DNA of 62,337 nucleotides, counting the filler. It is 5 parts of 5 records of this genome, joined end to end, with 100 filler letters (N's around TTAATTAATTAA, not from the genome) between each part and the next. Parts side by side here need not be neighbours in the genome. Positions count along the whole stretch, not along the records: positions 12,897 to 36,181 come from DRR723986_10741; positions 36,282 to 44,648 come from DRR723986_10746; positions 44,749 to 51,530 come from DRR723986_10747; 2 more parts are not named here. One strand, written 5' to 3'. The first letter of the stretch is position 1, and each line of letters opens with the position of its first letter. A program made the translations under genes and the position numbers. Below, piece after piece: positions 35,720-45,691 of the stretch. Under the pieces are notes generated by a model. The model searched no databases. It saw only the letters and a list, made by a program, of their open reading frames with translations, and had not been told where the DNA came from.

Positions 35720-36181
35720 ATGGCCAAAGTGATTGGTATCGACCTCGGCACCACGAACTCGTGCGTTGCCATCATGGACGGATCGCAGCCTCGGGTTATC
35801 GAAAACTCGGAAGGCGCGCGGACCACGCCCTCGATCGTCGGCTACACCGATGATGAAAAACTGGTGGGTCAGGCTGCAAAACGGCAGGCTGTCACCAACC
35901 CCGACAACACGATTTTCGCCGTCAAGCGCCTGATCGGCCGCCGCGTGGGTGACCCTGCTGTCGAAAAAGACCGCAAGCTGGTGCCCTATTCCATCGTCGA
36001 TGGCGGCAATGGCGATGCATGGGTCGAGGTTCGGGGTGAGAAATACAGCCCCAGCCAGGTGTCTGCTCTGATCCTTGGCAAGATGAAAGAAACCGCCGAG
36101 AGCTATCTTGGCGAAGAGGTGACGCAAGCCGTCATCACCGTGCCCGCGTATTTCAACGACGCCCAGCGTCAGGCCACCAAG
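35720..36181 (+). CDS. dnaK: Chaperone DnaK, 5' fragment
   Basis: [17 protein letters not shown] and [18 protein letters not shown]. Confidence 0.98.
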
Positions 36182-36281
36182 NNNNNNNNNNNNNNNNNNN
36201 NNNNNNNNNNNNNNNNNNNNNNNNNTTAATTAATTAANNNNNNNNNNNNNNNNNNNNNNNNNNNNNNNNNNNNNNNNNNNN
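36182..36281. other. Artificial contig linker
   Basis: N44-TTAATTAATTAA-N44. Confidence 0.98.
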
Positions 36282-36414
36282 ATGGCGTCACGTCCTGGCA
36301 CCCCAGTCATTGACAGAGCTGTCGGTGCACAACATTATCTTGTCTGACAAAAAGTGGGCGGGAATGCCACCTTGTATGGGCGCCTGCACCCAAGAAAACA
36401 ATTAAGAGCCCAGG

Positions 36415-37644
36415 ATGATAAACCTACTTACCAATCCGGAATTTTGGCAATACCTCAGCATCCCCGTGATCGCCGCCCTCATCGGCTGGAGCACCAACTG
36501 GCTCGCCATCAAAATGACCTTCTATCCACTGGAGTTCATCGGCAAGCCGCCGCTTCTGGGCTGGCAGGGCATCATCCCCTCCAAAGCCCGCAAAATGGCC
36601 GCCAAAAGCGTGGATGCCACCATTGCCAAAATCGGTACCGTTCAGGAAATCTTCGAACAGATCGACCCCAAAGTCCTGGCCGCCCACATCATCTACACCG
36701 TCGACCCACGCATTGAGGAATATGTCGACGAACTCATGCTGCGGGAATACCCCACCTTCTGGGAAAACCTGCCGGCCTCGGCCCGCAAAATGGTCTACGA
36801 CCGGGTACGCAAATCCACCCCGCAACTGGTCGACAACCTGGTCGAAGACATCTCCGACAATATTGAAGACCTGCTCGACATCAAAGGCATGGTCATCGAG
36901 CGCCTGGCCCGGGATAAAAAGCTGCTCAACCGGATATTTCTGGAGTGCGGTGACGTGGAGTTCCGCTTCATCATCAATTCCGGCCTCTACTTCGGCTTTC
37001 TGTTCGGCATTATCCAGATGGGCGTGTGGTACCTGTACCCGGCCATCTGGGTGTTGCCTCTGTTCGGGCTCCTTGTGGGCTGGGCCACCAACTGGATTGC
37101 GCTGAATGTAATCTTCCGGCCCCTGCATGAACACAAGGTCGGCCCTCTGCGAATCCAGGGCCTGTTCCTCAAGCGCCAGCCAGAAGTGGCAGAATCCTTC
37201 TGTCATATCGTGACCCACGAGATACTGACCGTGGGCAACATCATCAATGCCATCCTCGAAGGACCCAAAGGTGACCGCGCCCGCAACATGGTGAAAAAGC
37301 ACATCAAACCGCTGGTGGATGAAACCGCAGGCATGGGCAAGGCCCTGACCCAGATGGCATTCGGCCCCACGGGTTTTGCCACCCTGAAAAATCAGGTGGG
37401 TGAAAAAGCCATCGCGATATCCCAGAGTTCCTTCAACAACCCCGTGTTCGAGCGAGACCGTGCCCGGGCGGTGGAGTCCATCATGGTGGAGCGGATGAAT
37501 GCCCTGTCTTCGGAAGAATTCCAGGATCTGCTGCGCCCGTGCTTCCAGGAAGACGAGATCAAACTGATCCTGGTGGGCGCCTTCCTGGGTCTGGTGGCCG
37601 GTGTGTGCCAACTGGTCTTTGTCTTTGGCGAGTCCTTTTTCTGA
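36415..37644 (+). CDS. DUF445 family membrane protein
   Basis: Duplicated IGWSTNWLAIKM.F.P...QGIIP / VGWATNWIALNV.F.P...QGLF and a C-terminal GAFLG. Confidence 0.85.
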   Translation: MINLLTNPEFWQYLSIPVIAALIGWSTNWLAIKMTFYPLEFIGKPPLLGWQGIIPSKARKMAAKSVDATIAKIGTVQEIFEQIDPKVLAAHIIYTVDPRIEEYVDELMLREYPTFWENLPASARKMVYDRVRKSTPQLVDNLVEDISDNIEDLLDIKGMVIERLARDKKLLNRIFLECGDVEFRFIINSGLYFGFLFGIIQMGVWYLYPAIWVLPLFGLLVGWATNWIALNVIFRPLHEHKVGPLRIQGLFLKRQPEVAESFCHIVTHEILTVGNIINAILEGPKGDRARNMVKKHIKPLVDETAGMGKALTQMAFGPTGFATLKNQVGEKAIAISQSSFNNPVFERDRARAVESIMVERMNALSSEEFQDLLRPCFQEDEIKLILVGAFLGLVAGVCQLVFVFGESFF

Positions 37645-37734
37645 TCGTTGTCAGGGCTGTGCAGGGTTGCATTACGCTACTATACTGGCCAGATAACCAG
37701 TCCATTCTTTATACACGCTATGCGGAGGCAAGGG

Positions 37735-38784
37735 ATGCCGGGCTTATTTTCCTGGATATCAGGCCTGTTCAACAGCACTCAATCCGTCCCACAGGCTGCC
37801 TCCGAAACCCGGCTTTTTAATCCTTCCAGCACCAGCCAGCCCGGCAATAGCAACGATGAAGGCGACATTGTTGGCCAACTGGAAGACCACCTGTTCACCT
37901 GGCTGCTTGATGTGGAACCCGCGCGCCTTCGTGCCGGCACAGATAGTGGCGAAAAGGAACTGGCCGAGCTCGAGCGGCGCCTGCAAATGAACGAAATGGA
38001 AGAACTGCCCAGGAAGCCTGGCAGTTTACCCATGCTGATGCGAGCACTGTCCAATGAAGCCACCGAACGCAAAGAGCTAACCCGCATCATTCTGAGTGAC
38101 CCGTCACTGACCGACCAGTTGCTCCAGGTGGCCAACAGCCCCTACTTCCGCCCGAGTGAACACGTCATAGAATCCGTTGACCAGGCGGTGTTCGTGCTGG
38201 GTGTGGACGGCATCCGGAACGTGATTGCGGCGGCGGTTATGCGGCCTATGATGGCGGCCCGAAACAGCCGCGAGGCACTTTTCGCCCAACGATCCTGGCG
38301 CTGGGGCCTGACCTGCGCCCGAGCGGCGGAAATGATTGCCAAGATTCACCGGGACGACACCAGCGCCCACTTCATGGTTGGCCTGCTGCCAGCATTGGCG
38401 TACATCACCATTCGCAGGGAACTGGGGCGTATCTACCGCACCAGGGGCTCCGGCAGTGAACCGGAGCCGGCGTTGCTGAGATTGGCCTTGGCCCGCTATC
38501 AGTGGGCCACTTGTCAGTTACTGGCAAATGTCTGGACTCTGCCGCCCAAATATCATGCTTGGCTGTTATCGGCAGAACGGCCGGCGCCGCGGCAGGCGCA
38601 CTCGGCACTGACCGACGGCCTGCTTCTGGGCACCCGGGAGGTGCTGCGCCATGCCCGCCAGAGAAACCTGTCAGAAGAGAATCTGATTCGCATTGTGCAC
38701 CTGTCCCCGGAGCAACTGGGCAGGGTACGTACGGTATTGCTCAGAATGCTCCAGGAAGGCAAAAGTTCACAGGTTCGGACCTGA
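37735..38784 (+). CDS. HDOD domain protein
   Basis: LP..P, IILSDPSLT..LL.VANSPYF and IESVDQAV..LG. Confidence 0.87.
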   Translation: MPGLFSWISGLFNSTQSVPQAASETRLFNPSSTSQPGNSNDEGDIVGQLEDHLFTWLLDVEPARLRAGTDSGEKELAELERRLQMNEMEELPRKPGSLPMLMRALSNEATERKELTRIILSDPSLTDQLLQVANSPYFRPSEHVIESVDQAVFVLGVDGIRNVIAAAVMRPMMAARNSREALFAQRSWRWGLTCARAAEMIAKIHRDDTSAHFMVGLLPALAYITIRRELGRIYRTRGSGSEPEPALLRLALARYQWATCQLLANVWTLPPKYHAWLLSAERPAPRQAHSALTDGLLLGTREVLRHARQRNLSEENLIRIVHLSPEQLGRVRTVLLRMLQEGKSSQVRT

Positions 38785-40122
38785 CTCCGGTGCTTTGACA
38801 ATATCCGCACCGGGCGGTGTACCGGCATTCAGCAGGCTGGCAAAGCTGACATCGTCACTGGTGGGCGCAAGATCGATCAGTTCCCTCGGCATGGCCCCGG
38901 CAGGCAGGCGATCCACCACCCGGTCTTCGTCCTTGCGCACGGCCCGCAGCACGCTACCGACCGTAATCAGATCCAGTGTTCGCCCTGGAACCAGCTGATC
39001 GCCATCGCGCCCCGCCAGATTCAGCAACCCGGCGCGTATCAGCTTGTCGCTGATCTTGCGGGTGACTTCGCCGGGAATCCGCAACTGCTGCTCCAGAGAC
39101 TCCTGCTGAGGCGCCGGTTCACCGCGGCTGAACGGCTTGGCCACCATCCACATCAGGGCAAGCCCTACCCGCTCCTGCAATTCCGGCGCCAGCTGGACAT
39201 TCCGGCGCTTGGCTACGGCCCCCGGGTTTTGCAGATAGAAAGCCAGACTGGCGCCAAGCAGCAGGATCATCCAGTTCAGATACGTCCAGATCAGCAGAAT
39301 GATACCGACCGCAAAACCGGAGTAGATGGCCGCATACTTGGCCGAGCCGGCCACGAACGAGGCAAACAGCATGCCGCCAGCCTGCCAGGACACGCCGGCC
39401 ACCAGCCCGGCGATAAACGCGTAGCGCAGCTTCACCCGGGTATTAGGGATAAAGATGTAAACAAAGGTGAACGCGCCCACCACCAGGAAAAACGGTGTAA
39501 ACCGACTGGCAAGGACAATCAACGAACCAAACGGTTCGATGGCCATAAGATTCTGCGCGATTTCTGAAGAGAAGATGGTGGCGGTTACCCCGATAGCCGA
39601 AACCATCAACAAGGGGCCTACCATGATGACGCTCAGATAGTTACTGAAACGCTGCGCCATGGAGCGCATTTCCGGCACCCGCCAGATCATGTTGAACGAG
39701 CGCTCGATTTTCTGAACCAGGGAAATGACGGTGTACACCAACAGGGCCAGACCCACTGAGCCCAGCACACCGACTTTCATATTATCGACAAAACCCAGGA
39801 TTCGCTCAGCCACCTCCACACCCTGTGGGCCCATCGGCTGGAAGAACTGGTACAGGAATGGCTCCATGCGCTGGTGCACACCCAGCGCTTTCAGCACGGA
39901 AAAGCTCAGGGCGAGCAGCGGCACAATGCTGAGCAACGTGGTGTAAACCAGGCTCATGGCGTGCAGTGTCAACTGACCACTGATCACATCGCGGATCAGG
40001 GCATAAGCCGAGCGCCCGGATTTATACAGCCAGGTCCAGGGCCAGGTCTGCGGTGGGTTGGAATTGGACAGTATCCAGTCTTCAGCAGCCTGCAGCCGCT
40101 CTTTCATCTGGGTGGAAGCCAC
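38767..40122 (-). CDS. YihY/BrkB family membrane protein with C-terminal Rrf2-like winged helix
   Basis: LVYTTLLSIVP, IERSFN.IW and IYSGFA...L.WTYLNW.I.L.GA. Confidence 0.88.
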   Translation of the reverse strand: MASTQMKERLQAAEDWILSNSNPPQTWPWTWLYKSGRSAYALIRDVISGQLTLHAMSLVYTTLLSIVPLLALSFSVLKALGVHQRMEPFLYQFFQPMGPQGVEVAERILGFVDNMKVGVLGSVGLALLVYTVISLVQKIERSFNMIWRVPEMRSMAQRFSNYLSVIMVGPLLMVSAIGVTATIFSSEIAQNLMAIEPFGSLIVLASRFTPFFLVVGAFTFVYIFIPNTRVKLRYAFIAGLVAGVSWQAGGMLFASFVAGSAKYAAIYSGFAVGIILLIWTYLNWMILLLGASLAFYLQNPGAVAKRRNVQLAPELQERVGLALMWMVAKPFSRGEPAPQQESLEQQLRIPGEVTRKISDKLIRAGLLNLAGRDGDQLVPGRTLDLITVGSVLRAVRKDEDRVVDRLPAGAMPRELIDLAPTSDDVSFASLLNAGTPPGADIVKAPESGPNL

Positions 40123-40247
40123 GTAACATCCTGCTTGTCAGTGTTTCTTCAAGCTTATCAGGCAGCTGTCAGTAAACAACCCGGAAACCGGGTATTTGTT
40201 GTACACCCGGACAAATCCTCCTGATGGTGGGCTTCCTTCACCCGACT

Positions 40248-41183
40248 TCAGGCAACCGACGCCAGATTACGCGCCGTAATCTCCACAATTCGCTGCCGCG
40301 CCTCCTGGCTCGCCCAGGCCGAGTGCGGGGTTAAAATCAGGTTGGGAACATTGTCTGCCAGCAGCGGGTTACCATTGCGGGGAGGTTCTTCGGTCAACAC
40401 ATCAAAGCCTGCACCGGCAATGTCGCCATTCCGCAAGGCGTCAGCCAAAGCCGATTCATCAACCAAGCCGCCCCTACTGGTGTTGATCAGCAGTGCCGAA
40501 GACTTCATCAAACCCAGTTCCCGGGCGCCAATCATGTTGCGGGTTTCTTCTGTCAGCAGGCAGTGGAGTGATAGCACATCAGCCTGCACCAACAGGTCAT
40601 CCAGCGGAATTCGCGGGTAGCCATCCACCTCGCCAGGCTCTTGGCCGGGCCGGCAGCCGAGGACGATGTTCATGCCAAACGCCTTTGCCCGTTCCGCCAC
40701 ACCCTGGCCAAGATCGCCGTAGCCGACAATGCCCAGAGTTTTGCCTTCCAGCTCCATAATCGGGTAGTCCATCAGGCAGAACATATCGCTTTTGGCCCAC
40801 TGGCCATTGCGGGCACCCCGGTTGTAATCCAGCAGCCGGGTGGCCAGTGCCAGGATGAGAGCCATGGTGTGCTGGGCCACGGTGGAACGGCCATAATTGG
40901 TAACGTTCATTACCTTGATGTCGTGGGCCTTGGCCGCCTCCAGATCGATGTTATTAAGACCGGTTGCCACCACCGCGATGGTTTTCAGTTCCGGGCAGGC
41001 TTCAAAATGTTCGCCGTTCAGCACCACCTTGTTCACCAGCACCGTATCAAAGCCCTGGATTCTTTGAATCACCTGCTCCGGGTTGGTGCGCGGGTGGCAG
41101 GTCAGTCCACCGGCAATGTTTTCAATGGGACTCAGATCCACATCCTCGCCCAGTGTTGCGGCATCCAGAAAAACGGCTTTCAT
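40248..41183 (-). CDS. D-2-hydroxyacid dehydrogenase (glycerate dehydrogenase HprA-like)
   Basis: MKAVFLD, ATG.NNIDL, GIVGYGDLG, SLHCLL, INTSRGG, DVL.EEPP and TPHSAW. Confidence 0.9.
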   Translation of the reverse strand: MKAVFLDAATLGEDVDLSPIENIAGGLTCHPRTNPEQVIQRIQGFDTVLVNKVVLNGEHFEACPELKTIAVVATGLNNIDLEAAKAHDIKVMNVTNYGRSTVAQHTMALILALATRLLDYNRGARNGQWAKSDMFCLMDYPIMELEGKTLGIVGYGDLGQGVAERAKAFGMNIVLGCRPGQEPGEVDGYPRIPLDDLLVQADVLSLHCLLTEETRNMIGARELGLMKSSALLINTSRGGLVDESALADALRNGDIAGAGFDVLTEEPPRNGNPLLADNVPNLILTPHSAWASQEARQRIVEITARNLASVA

Positions 41184-41257
41184 ACTTTTCTCCTGACTCA
41201 TCGACCCCACAGATTAAGGTAGACTGAGGAAAACGATCAATCTCCGGGAGGCTACCC

Positions 41258-41917
41258 ATGGAACACGAATTCTGGCACGAACGCTGGGCAAAAGACCAAA
41301 TCGGCTTCCACGAAGGCACGGTTAATCAGTACCTGCATGACCACTGGCCCGAACTGGCAGGCAACGGCACCGACGCCGTGTTCGTTCCCCTGTGCGGCAA
41401 GGCCCATGACATGTGGTGGCTGCACGATCGCGGACATCCGATTATCGGCGTGGAGTTAAGTGAGGTTGCCTGCAAGGATTTTTTCGAGGAAGCGCAGGAG
41501 AAAGCCAGCGTTCACCCGGGTGAACCCTTTACCACCTTCCGCCATGACGACCTGCAGATCTGGTGTGGGGATTATTTCCAGCTGGTGCCGGACGACCTCA
41601 AACACATTCGCCTGGTGTACGACCGGGCTGCCCTGATCGCCCTGCCCCCGGAAATGCGCAAGAGCTATGTCAATCATCTCACCGCTATTATTCCGGACGA
41701 CACCAGAATCCTGCTGATCACGCTGGATTACGACAGCTCGGAAATGCAGGGCCCGCCGTTCAACGTTACCGACGACGAAGTGTTCAGGCTCTATGGTGAG
41801 GATTATGAGATCAACCAGGTGCTGAAACGGGACATGGCCCGTGACAACCCGTTTGCCAAACGCCGGGGCCTGAGAAACGGCGCCACAGAGAGTGTTTTTA
41901 CCCTCGTCAAGAAATAA
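41258..41917 (+). CDS. tpm: Thiopurine S-methyltransferase
   Basis: FWHERW..DQIGFH, VFVPLCGK, GVELS, YDRAALIAL and GPPF. Confidence 0.93.
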   Translation: MEHEFWHERWAKDQIGFHEGTVNQYLHDHWPELAGNGTDAVFVPLCGKAHDMWWLHDRGHPIIGVELSEVACKDFFEEAQEKASVHPGEPFTTFRHDDLQIWCGDYFQLVPDDLKHIRLVYDRAALIALPPEMRKSYVNHLTAIIPDDTRILLITLDYDSSEMQGPPFNVTDDEVFRLYGEDYEINQVLKRDMARDNPFAKRRGLRNGATESVFTLVKK

Positions 41918-41928
41918 CCTTAGATCAT

Positions 41929-41968
41929 GGGCGGTAAGTCCCTGGTGTCCAGTCTGGCTTACCGCCCG
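41929..41968 (+). terminator. Hairpin after tpm
   Basis: GGGCGGTAAG...CTTACCGCCC 10-bp stem with an AT-rich tail. Confidence 0.6.
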
Positions 41969-42187
41969 TAACATAATTTAATGAACCTAATTTGACTGCT
42001 CACTGTCCAACCCCCGAACTCTGAACTAAGCTCAGATTAAGCAGGCCGGAAACCTCCGGATAACGTATACCTGCTTAACACCATCCCATTCATTCCTTAA
42101 CCAGACACACCGCCGGGACAGGCGGCGAAACAGCAACGGGGACATTGCGTGAATTTATAACAGGCAAGAGTAAGCGAGGGGCCATCT

Positions 42188-44110
42188 ATGAGCATTCTGC
42201 AGCACTTCAAAGACCGGTATGAACAGACTCAGGAGGAGGAATACTCCCTTGAGGAATACCTGGAGATCTGCAAAAAGGACCCAACGGCATACGCCACCGC
42301 CGCGGAGCGGATGTTGATTGCCATCGGCGAACCAGAACTGATCGATACCTCCCGTGACCCCCGCCTGTCACGCATCTTCTCGAACAAAGTCATCAAGCGT
42401 TACCCGGAATTCGACGAGTTTTACGGCATGGAAGATGCCGTCGAAAACATAGTTTCGTTCTTCCGCCACGCAGCCCAGGGTCTGGAGGAGAAGAAGCAGA
42501 TTCTCTACTTGCTCGGCCCCGTTGGCGGCGGTAAGTCTTCCCTGGCCGAGAAACTCAAGGCCCTGATGCAGAAGGTCCCCTTCTACGCCATCAAAGGCTC
42601 TCCGGTAAACGAAAGCCCGCTAGGCCTGTTCGACCCGGCCGAGGATGGCCCGATTCTGGAAGAGGAATACGGCATTCCCGGCCGCTACCTGAAAAACATC
42701 ATGTCACCCTGGGCAGTCAAGCGCCTGCATGAGTTTGGCGGCGACATCAGCCAGTTCCGGGTGGTTAAACGTTACCCCTCGGTGCTGGACCAGATCGGTG
42801 TATCCAAGACCGAGCCGGGCGACGACAACAACCAGGACATCTCGGCCCTGGTGGGCAAGGTCAACATCCGCATGCTGGAAGACTATTCCCAGGATGATCC
42901 GGATGCCTACAGCTTCAGCGGCGGCCTGTGCAAAGCCAACCAGGGGCTGATGGAGTTTGTGGAAATGTTCAAGGCACCAATCAAGGTGCTGCATCCGCTA
43001 CTGACGGCCACACAGGAAGGCAACTACAACACCACCGAGGGCATGGGCTCGGTGCCCTTCGACGGCGTGATCCTGGCCCACTCCAATGAATCCGAGTGGC
43101 AGACGTTCCGCAACAACAAGCACAACGAAGCCTTCCTGGACCGGGTGTACATCGTCAAGGTGCCCTACTGTGTGCGGGTCACTGAAGAGATTGAAATCTA
43201 TCGCAAGCTACTGAAGCACAGCTCACTCTCCGGAGCGCCCTGCGCACCTGACACTCTTGATATGCTGGCCCAGTTCTCGGTGTTGTCGCGGATCAAGGAG
43301 CCGGAAAACTCCAGCATCTTCTCCAAAATGAAGGTATACGACGGCCAGAGCATCAAGGACACCGACCCCAAGGCCAAGTCCATCCAGGAGTACCGGGATG
43401 CTGCCGGGGTGATGGAAGGCATGGACGGTCTGTCTACCCGCTTTGCCTTCAAGATCCTGTCAAAAGTATTCAATTTCGACACCACCGAGATTGCCGCCAA
43501 CCCTGTTCACCTGCTCTATGTGCTGGAAAAGCAGATCGAACAGGAACAGTTCCAGCCGGAGTTGCAGGAAAAATACCTGCGCTTCATCAAGGAATACCTG
43601 GCGCCCCACTACGTCCAGTTCATCGGCAAGGAAATCCAGACGGCGTATCTGGAAAGCTACAGCGAGTACGGCCAGAACCTGTTCGACCGCTATGTCACCT
43701 ATGCCGACTTCTGGATTCAGGATCAGGAGTTCCGGGACCCGGAAACCGGCGAGATTCTGGACCGTTCCTCCATCAACGACGAGCTGGAGAAAATCGAGAA
43801 ACCAGCGGGCATTTCCAACCCCAAGGACTTCCGCAACGAAGTGGTCAACTTTGTGCTGCGGGCCCGGGCCAACAACGGTGGCAAGAACCCGTCCTGGCTC
43901 AGCTATGAGAAGCTGCGCAGCGTGATCGAGAAGAAGATGTTCTCGAACACCGAAGACCTGTTGCCGGTGATTTCCTTCAATCCGAAGGCCAGCCAGGAAG
44001 ACCAGAAGAAGCACAAACAGTTTGTGGAACGCATGGTTGACCGTGGATACACGGAGAAACAGGTTCGCTTGCTTGCCGAGTGGTACCTGCGCGTCCGGAA
44101 ATCCCATTAA
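42188..44110 (+). CDS. prkA: PrkA/YeaG AAA+ serine protein kinase
   Basis: [47 protein letters not shown] and EWYLRVRKS. Confidence 0.97.
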   Translation: MSILQHFKDRYEQTQEEEYSLEEYLEICKKDPTAYATAAERMLIAIGEPELIDTSRDPRLSRIFSNKVIKRYPEFDEFYGMEDAVENIVSFFRHAAQGLEEKKQILYLLGPVGGGKSSLAEKLKALMQKVPFYAIKGSPVNESPLGLFDPAEDGPILEEEYGIPGRYLKNIMSPWAVKRLHEFGGDISQFRVVKRYPSVLDQIGVSKTEPGDDNNQDISALVGKVNIRMLEDYSQDDPDAYSFSGGLCKANQGLMEFVEMFKAPIKVLHPLLTATQEGNYNTTEGMGSVPFDGVILAHSNESEWQTFRNNKHNEAFLDRVYIVKVPYCVRVTEEIEIYRKLLKHSSLSGAPCAPDTLDMLAQFSVLSRIKEPENSSIFSKMKVYDGQSIKDTDPKAKSIQEYRDAAGVMEGMDGLSTRFAFKILSKVFNFDTTEIAANPVHLLYVLEKQIEQEQFQPELQEKYLRFIKEYLAPHYVQFIGKEIQTAYLESYSEYGQNLFDRYVTYADFWIQDQEFRDPETGEILDRSSINDELEKIEKPAGISNPKDFRNEVVNFVLRARANNGGKNPSWLSYEKLRSVIEKKMFSNTEDLLPVISFNPKASQEDQKKHKQFVERMVDRGYTEKQVRLLAEWYLRVRKSH

Positions 44111-44130
44111 CGGCCAGCGGGAGCAGTACC

Positions 44131-44648
44131 ATGGGTATGACCCACATTGTTGACCGGCGCCTGAACGGCAAGAACAAGAGCGCAGTGAACCGGGAACGGT
44201 TCCTGCGCCGTTACCGCCACCACATCAAGAAGGCGGTGTCGGATGCCGTGCAGAAGCGCTCCATCACCGATATCGAACGGGGCGAGAAGGTAAGCATTCC
44301 CGCCCGGGATATTGACGAACCCATCTTCCACCATGGCCACGGTGGCCGGCGAGAGGTGGTGCACCCCGGCAATCAGGAGTGGGTGGCCGGGGACACCATC
44401 CCAAAACCCGAGAGCGGCGGTGGCCAGGGCCAGGGGCAAGGCCAGGCCAGCCCGGACGGCGAAGGCATGGATGAGTTCGCCTTCCAGATTACCCAGGAAG
44501 AATTCCTCGACTTCCTGTTCGACGATCTGGAGCTGCCCAATCTGGCCCGGAAAAAACTCAAGGACACCGAAGCCTTCAGTTATGTACGCTCGGGCTTCAC
44601 CACCCAGGGAGTGCCCGCCAAGCTGGATGTGGTGCGTTCCCTTCGGGG
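44131..44648 (+). CDS. yeaH: YeaH/YhbH family protein, 5' fragment
   Basis: [21 protein letters not shown] and [10 protein letters not shown]; directly after prkA. Confidence 0.95.
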
Positions 44649-44748
44649 NNNNNNNNNNNNNNNNNNNNNNNNNNNNNNNNNNNNNNNNNNNNTTAATTAA
44701 TTAANNNNNNNNNNNNNNNNNNNNNNNNNNNNNNNNNNNNNNNNNNNN
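44649..44748. other. Artificial contig linker
   Basis: N44-TTAATTAATTAA-N44. Confidence 0.98.
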
Positions 44749-44806
44749 TTCATCTTGGCAAAAATACCTCGGGGGAGGCGCCGGAGGCGACGGGGGCAGA
44801 GCCCCC
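44749..44806. repeat. Short palindromic REP-like element at the fragment edge
   Basis: TTCATCTTGGCAAAAATACCTCGGGGG...GGGGGCAGAGCCCCC, intergenic after the truA stop. It resembles Rhodobacterales interspersed repeats as I recall them. Confidence 0.6.
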
Positions 44807-44813
44807 AAACCCG

Positions 44814-45587
44814 CTATCTTCCTGCGAACACCGGCTCTGGATAGCGCACATGGTTCAGATACAGACCCTCTGGTGAACAAACCGGCCCGCAGGCGGCCCG
44901 GTCGCAAGCCTCCAACGCTGTTTTCACATCCTCGGGCGCCCAAGACCCGGCCCCGACCCGTTCCAATGTGCCGATGATCGACCGCACCTGATTGTGCAGG
45001 AATGACCGCGCCCGCAGATGAAACCGGAACTCGGCACCAAACGGGTAGTCGACCTGTTCGATTCTGATTTCGTCCAGCGTTTTGACCGGGCTCGCCGCCT
45101 GACAGATGGTGGCGCGGAACGTGGTGAAATCATGCTTGCCGATCAGATGCCTGGCCCCTTCGCGCATGGCCTCCACATCCAGCCGGCTCTTGACGTGCCA
45201 GACCTTGCCCACGTCATGGGCCAGGGGTGCCCGCCGAGAGATCAGGCGGAAAAGATACTGCCGCTCCAACGCCGAAAACCGGGCATGCCAGTCATCGGCA
45301 ACGCGGGCCGCGGCGACAACGGCAACCGGCTGCGGCTTCAGGTGATAATTCACCGCCTCTGTCAGTCGAAACAAGTCCCACTCGCGCGCCATGTCGCAAT
45401 GGGCAACCTGTCCAAGCGCGTGGACACCGGCATCGGTTCGGCCTGCCGTCGCGATCGAGGGAACATTGGCGTCCAGACGGGACAAAGCCTGTTCCACCGC
45501 CCCCTGAACCGAAGGCTGGTCGGGTTGGCGCTGCCATCCGGAAAAGGGGCGGCCATCATATTCTATCAAAAGCGCGTAGCGGGGCAT
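44814..45587 (-). CDS. truA: tRNA pseudouridine(38-40) synthase
   Basis: [36 protein letters not shown] and GLYL. Confidence 0.97.
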   Translation of the reverse strand: MPRYALLIEYDGRPFSGWQRQPDQPSVQGAVEQALSRLDANVPSIATAGRTDAGVHALGQVAHCDMAREWDLFRLTEAVNYHLKPQPVAVVAAARVADDWHARFSALERQYLFRLISRRAPLAHDVGKVWHVKSRLDVEAMREGARHLIGKHDFTTFRATICQAASPVKTLDEIRIEQVDYPFGAEFRFHLRARSFLHNQVRSIIGTLERVGAGSWAPEDVKTALEACDRAACGPVCSPEGLYLNHVRYPEPVFAGR

Positions 45588-45691
45588 GACCTTCCGCTAC
45601 CGCAAAGCGGATGAAAGGGCAATCAGCCCTGTAAACCGCCACTGCGAATGCTTATTCTCTGATCCATTGGATTTCGCAAAGGACAGATCGT

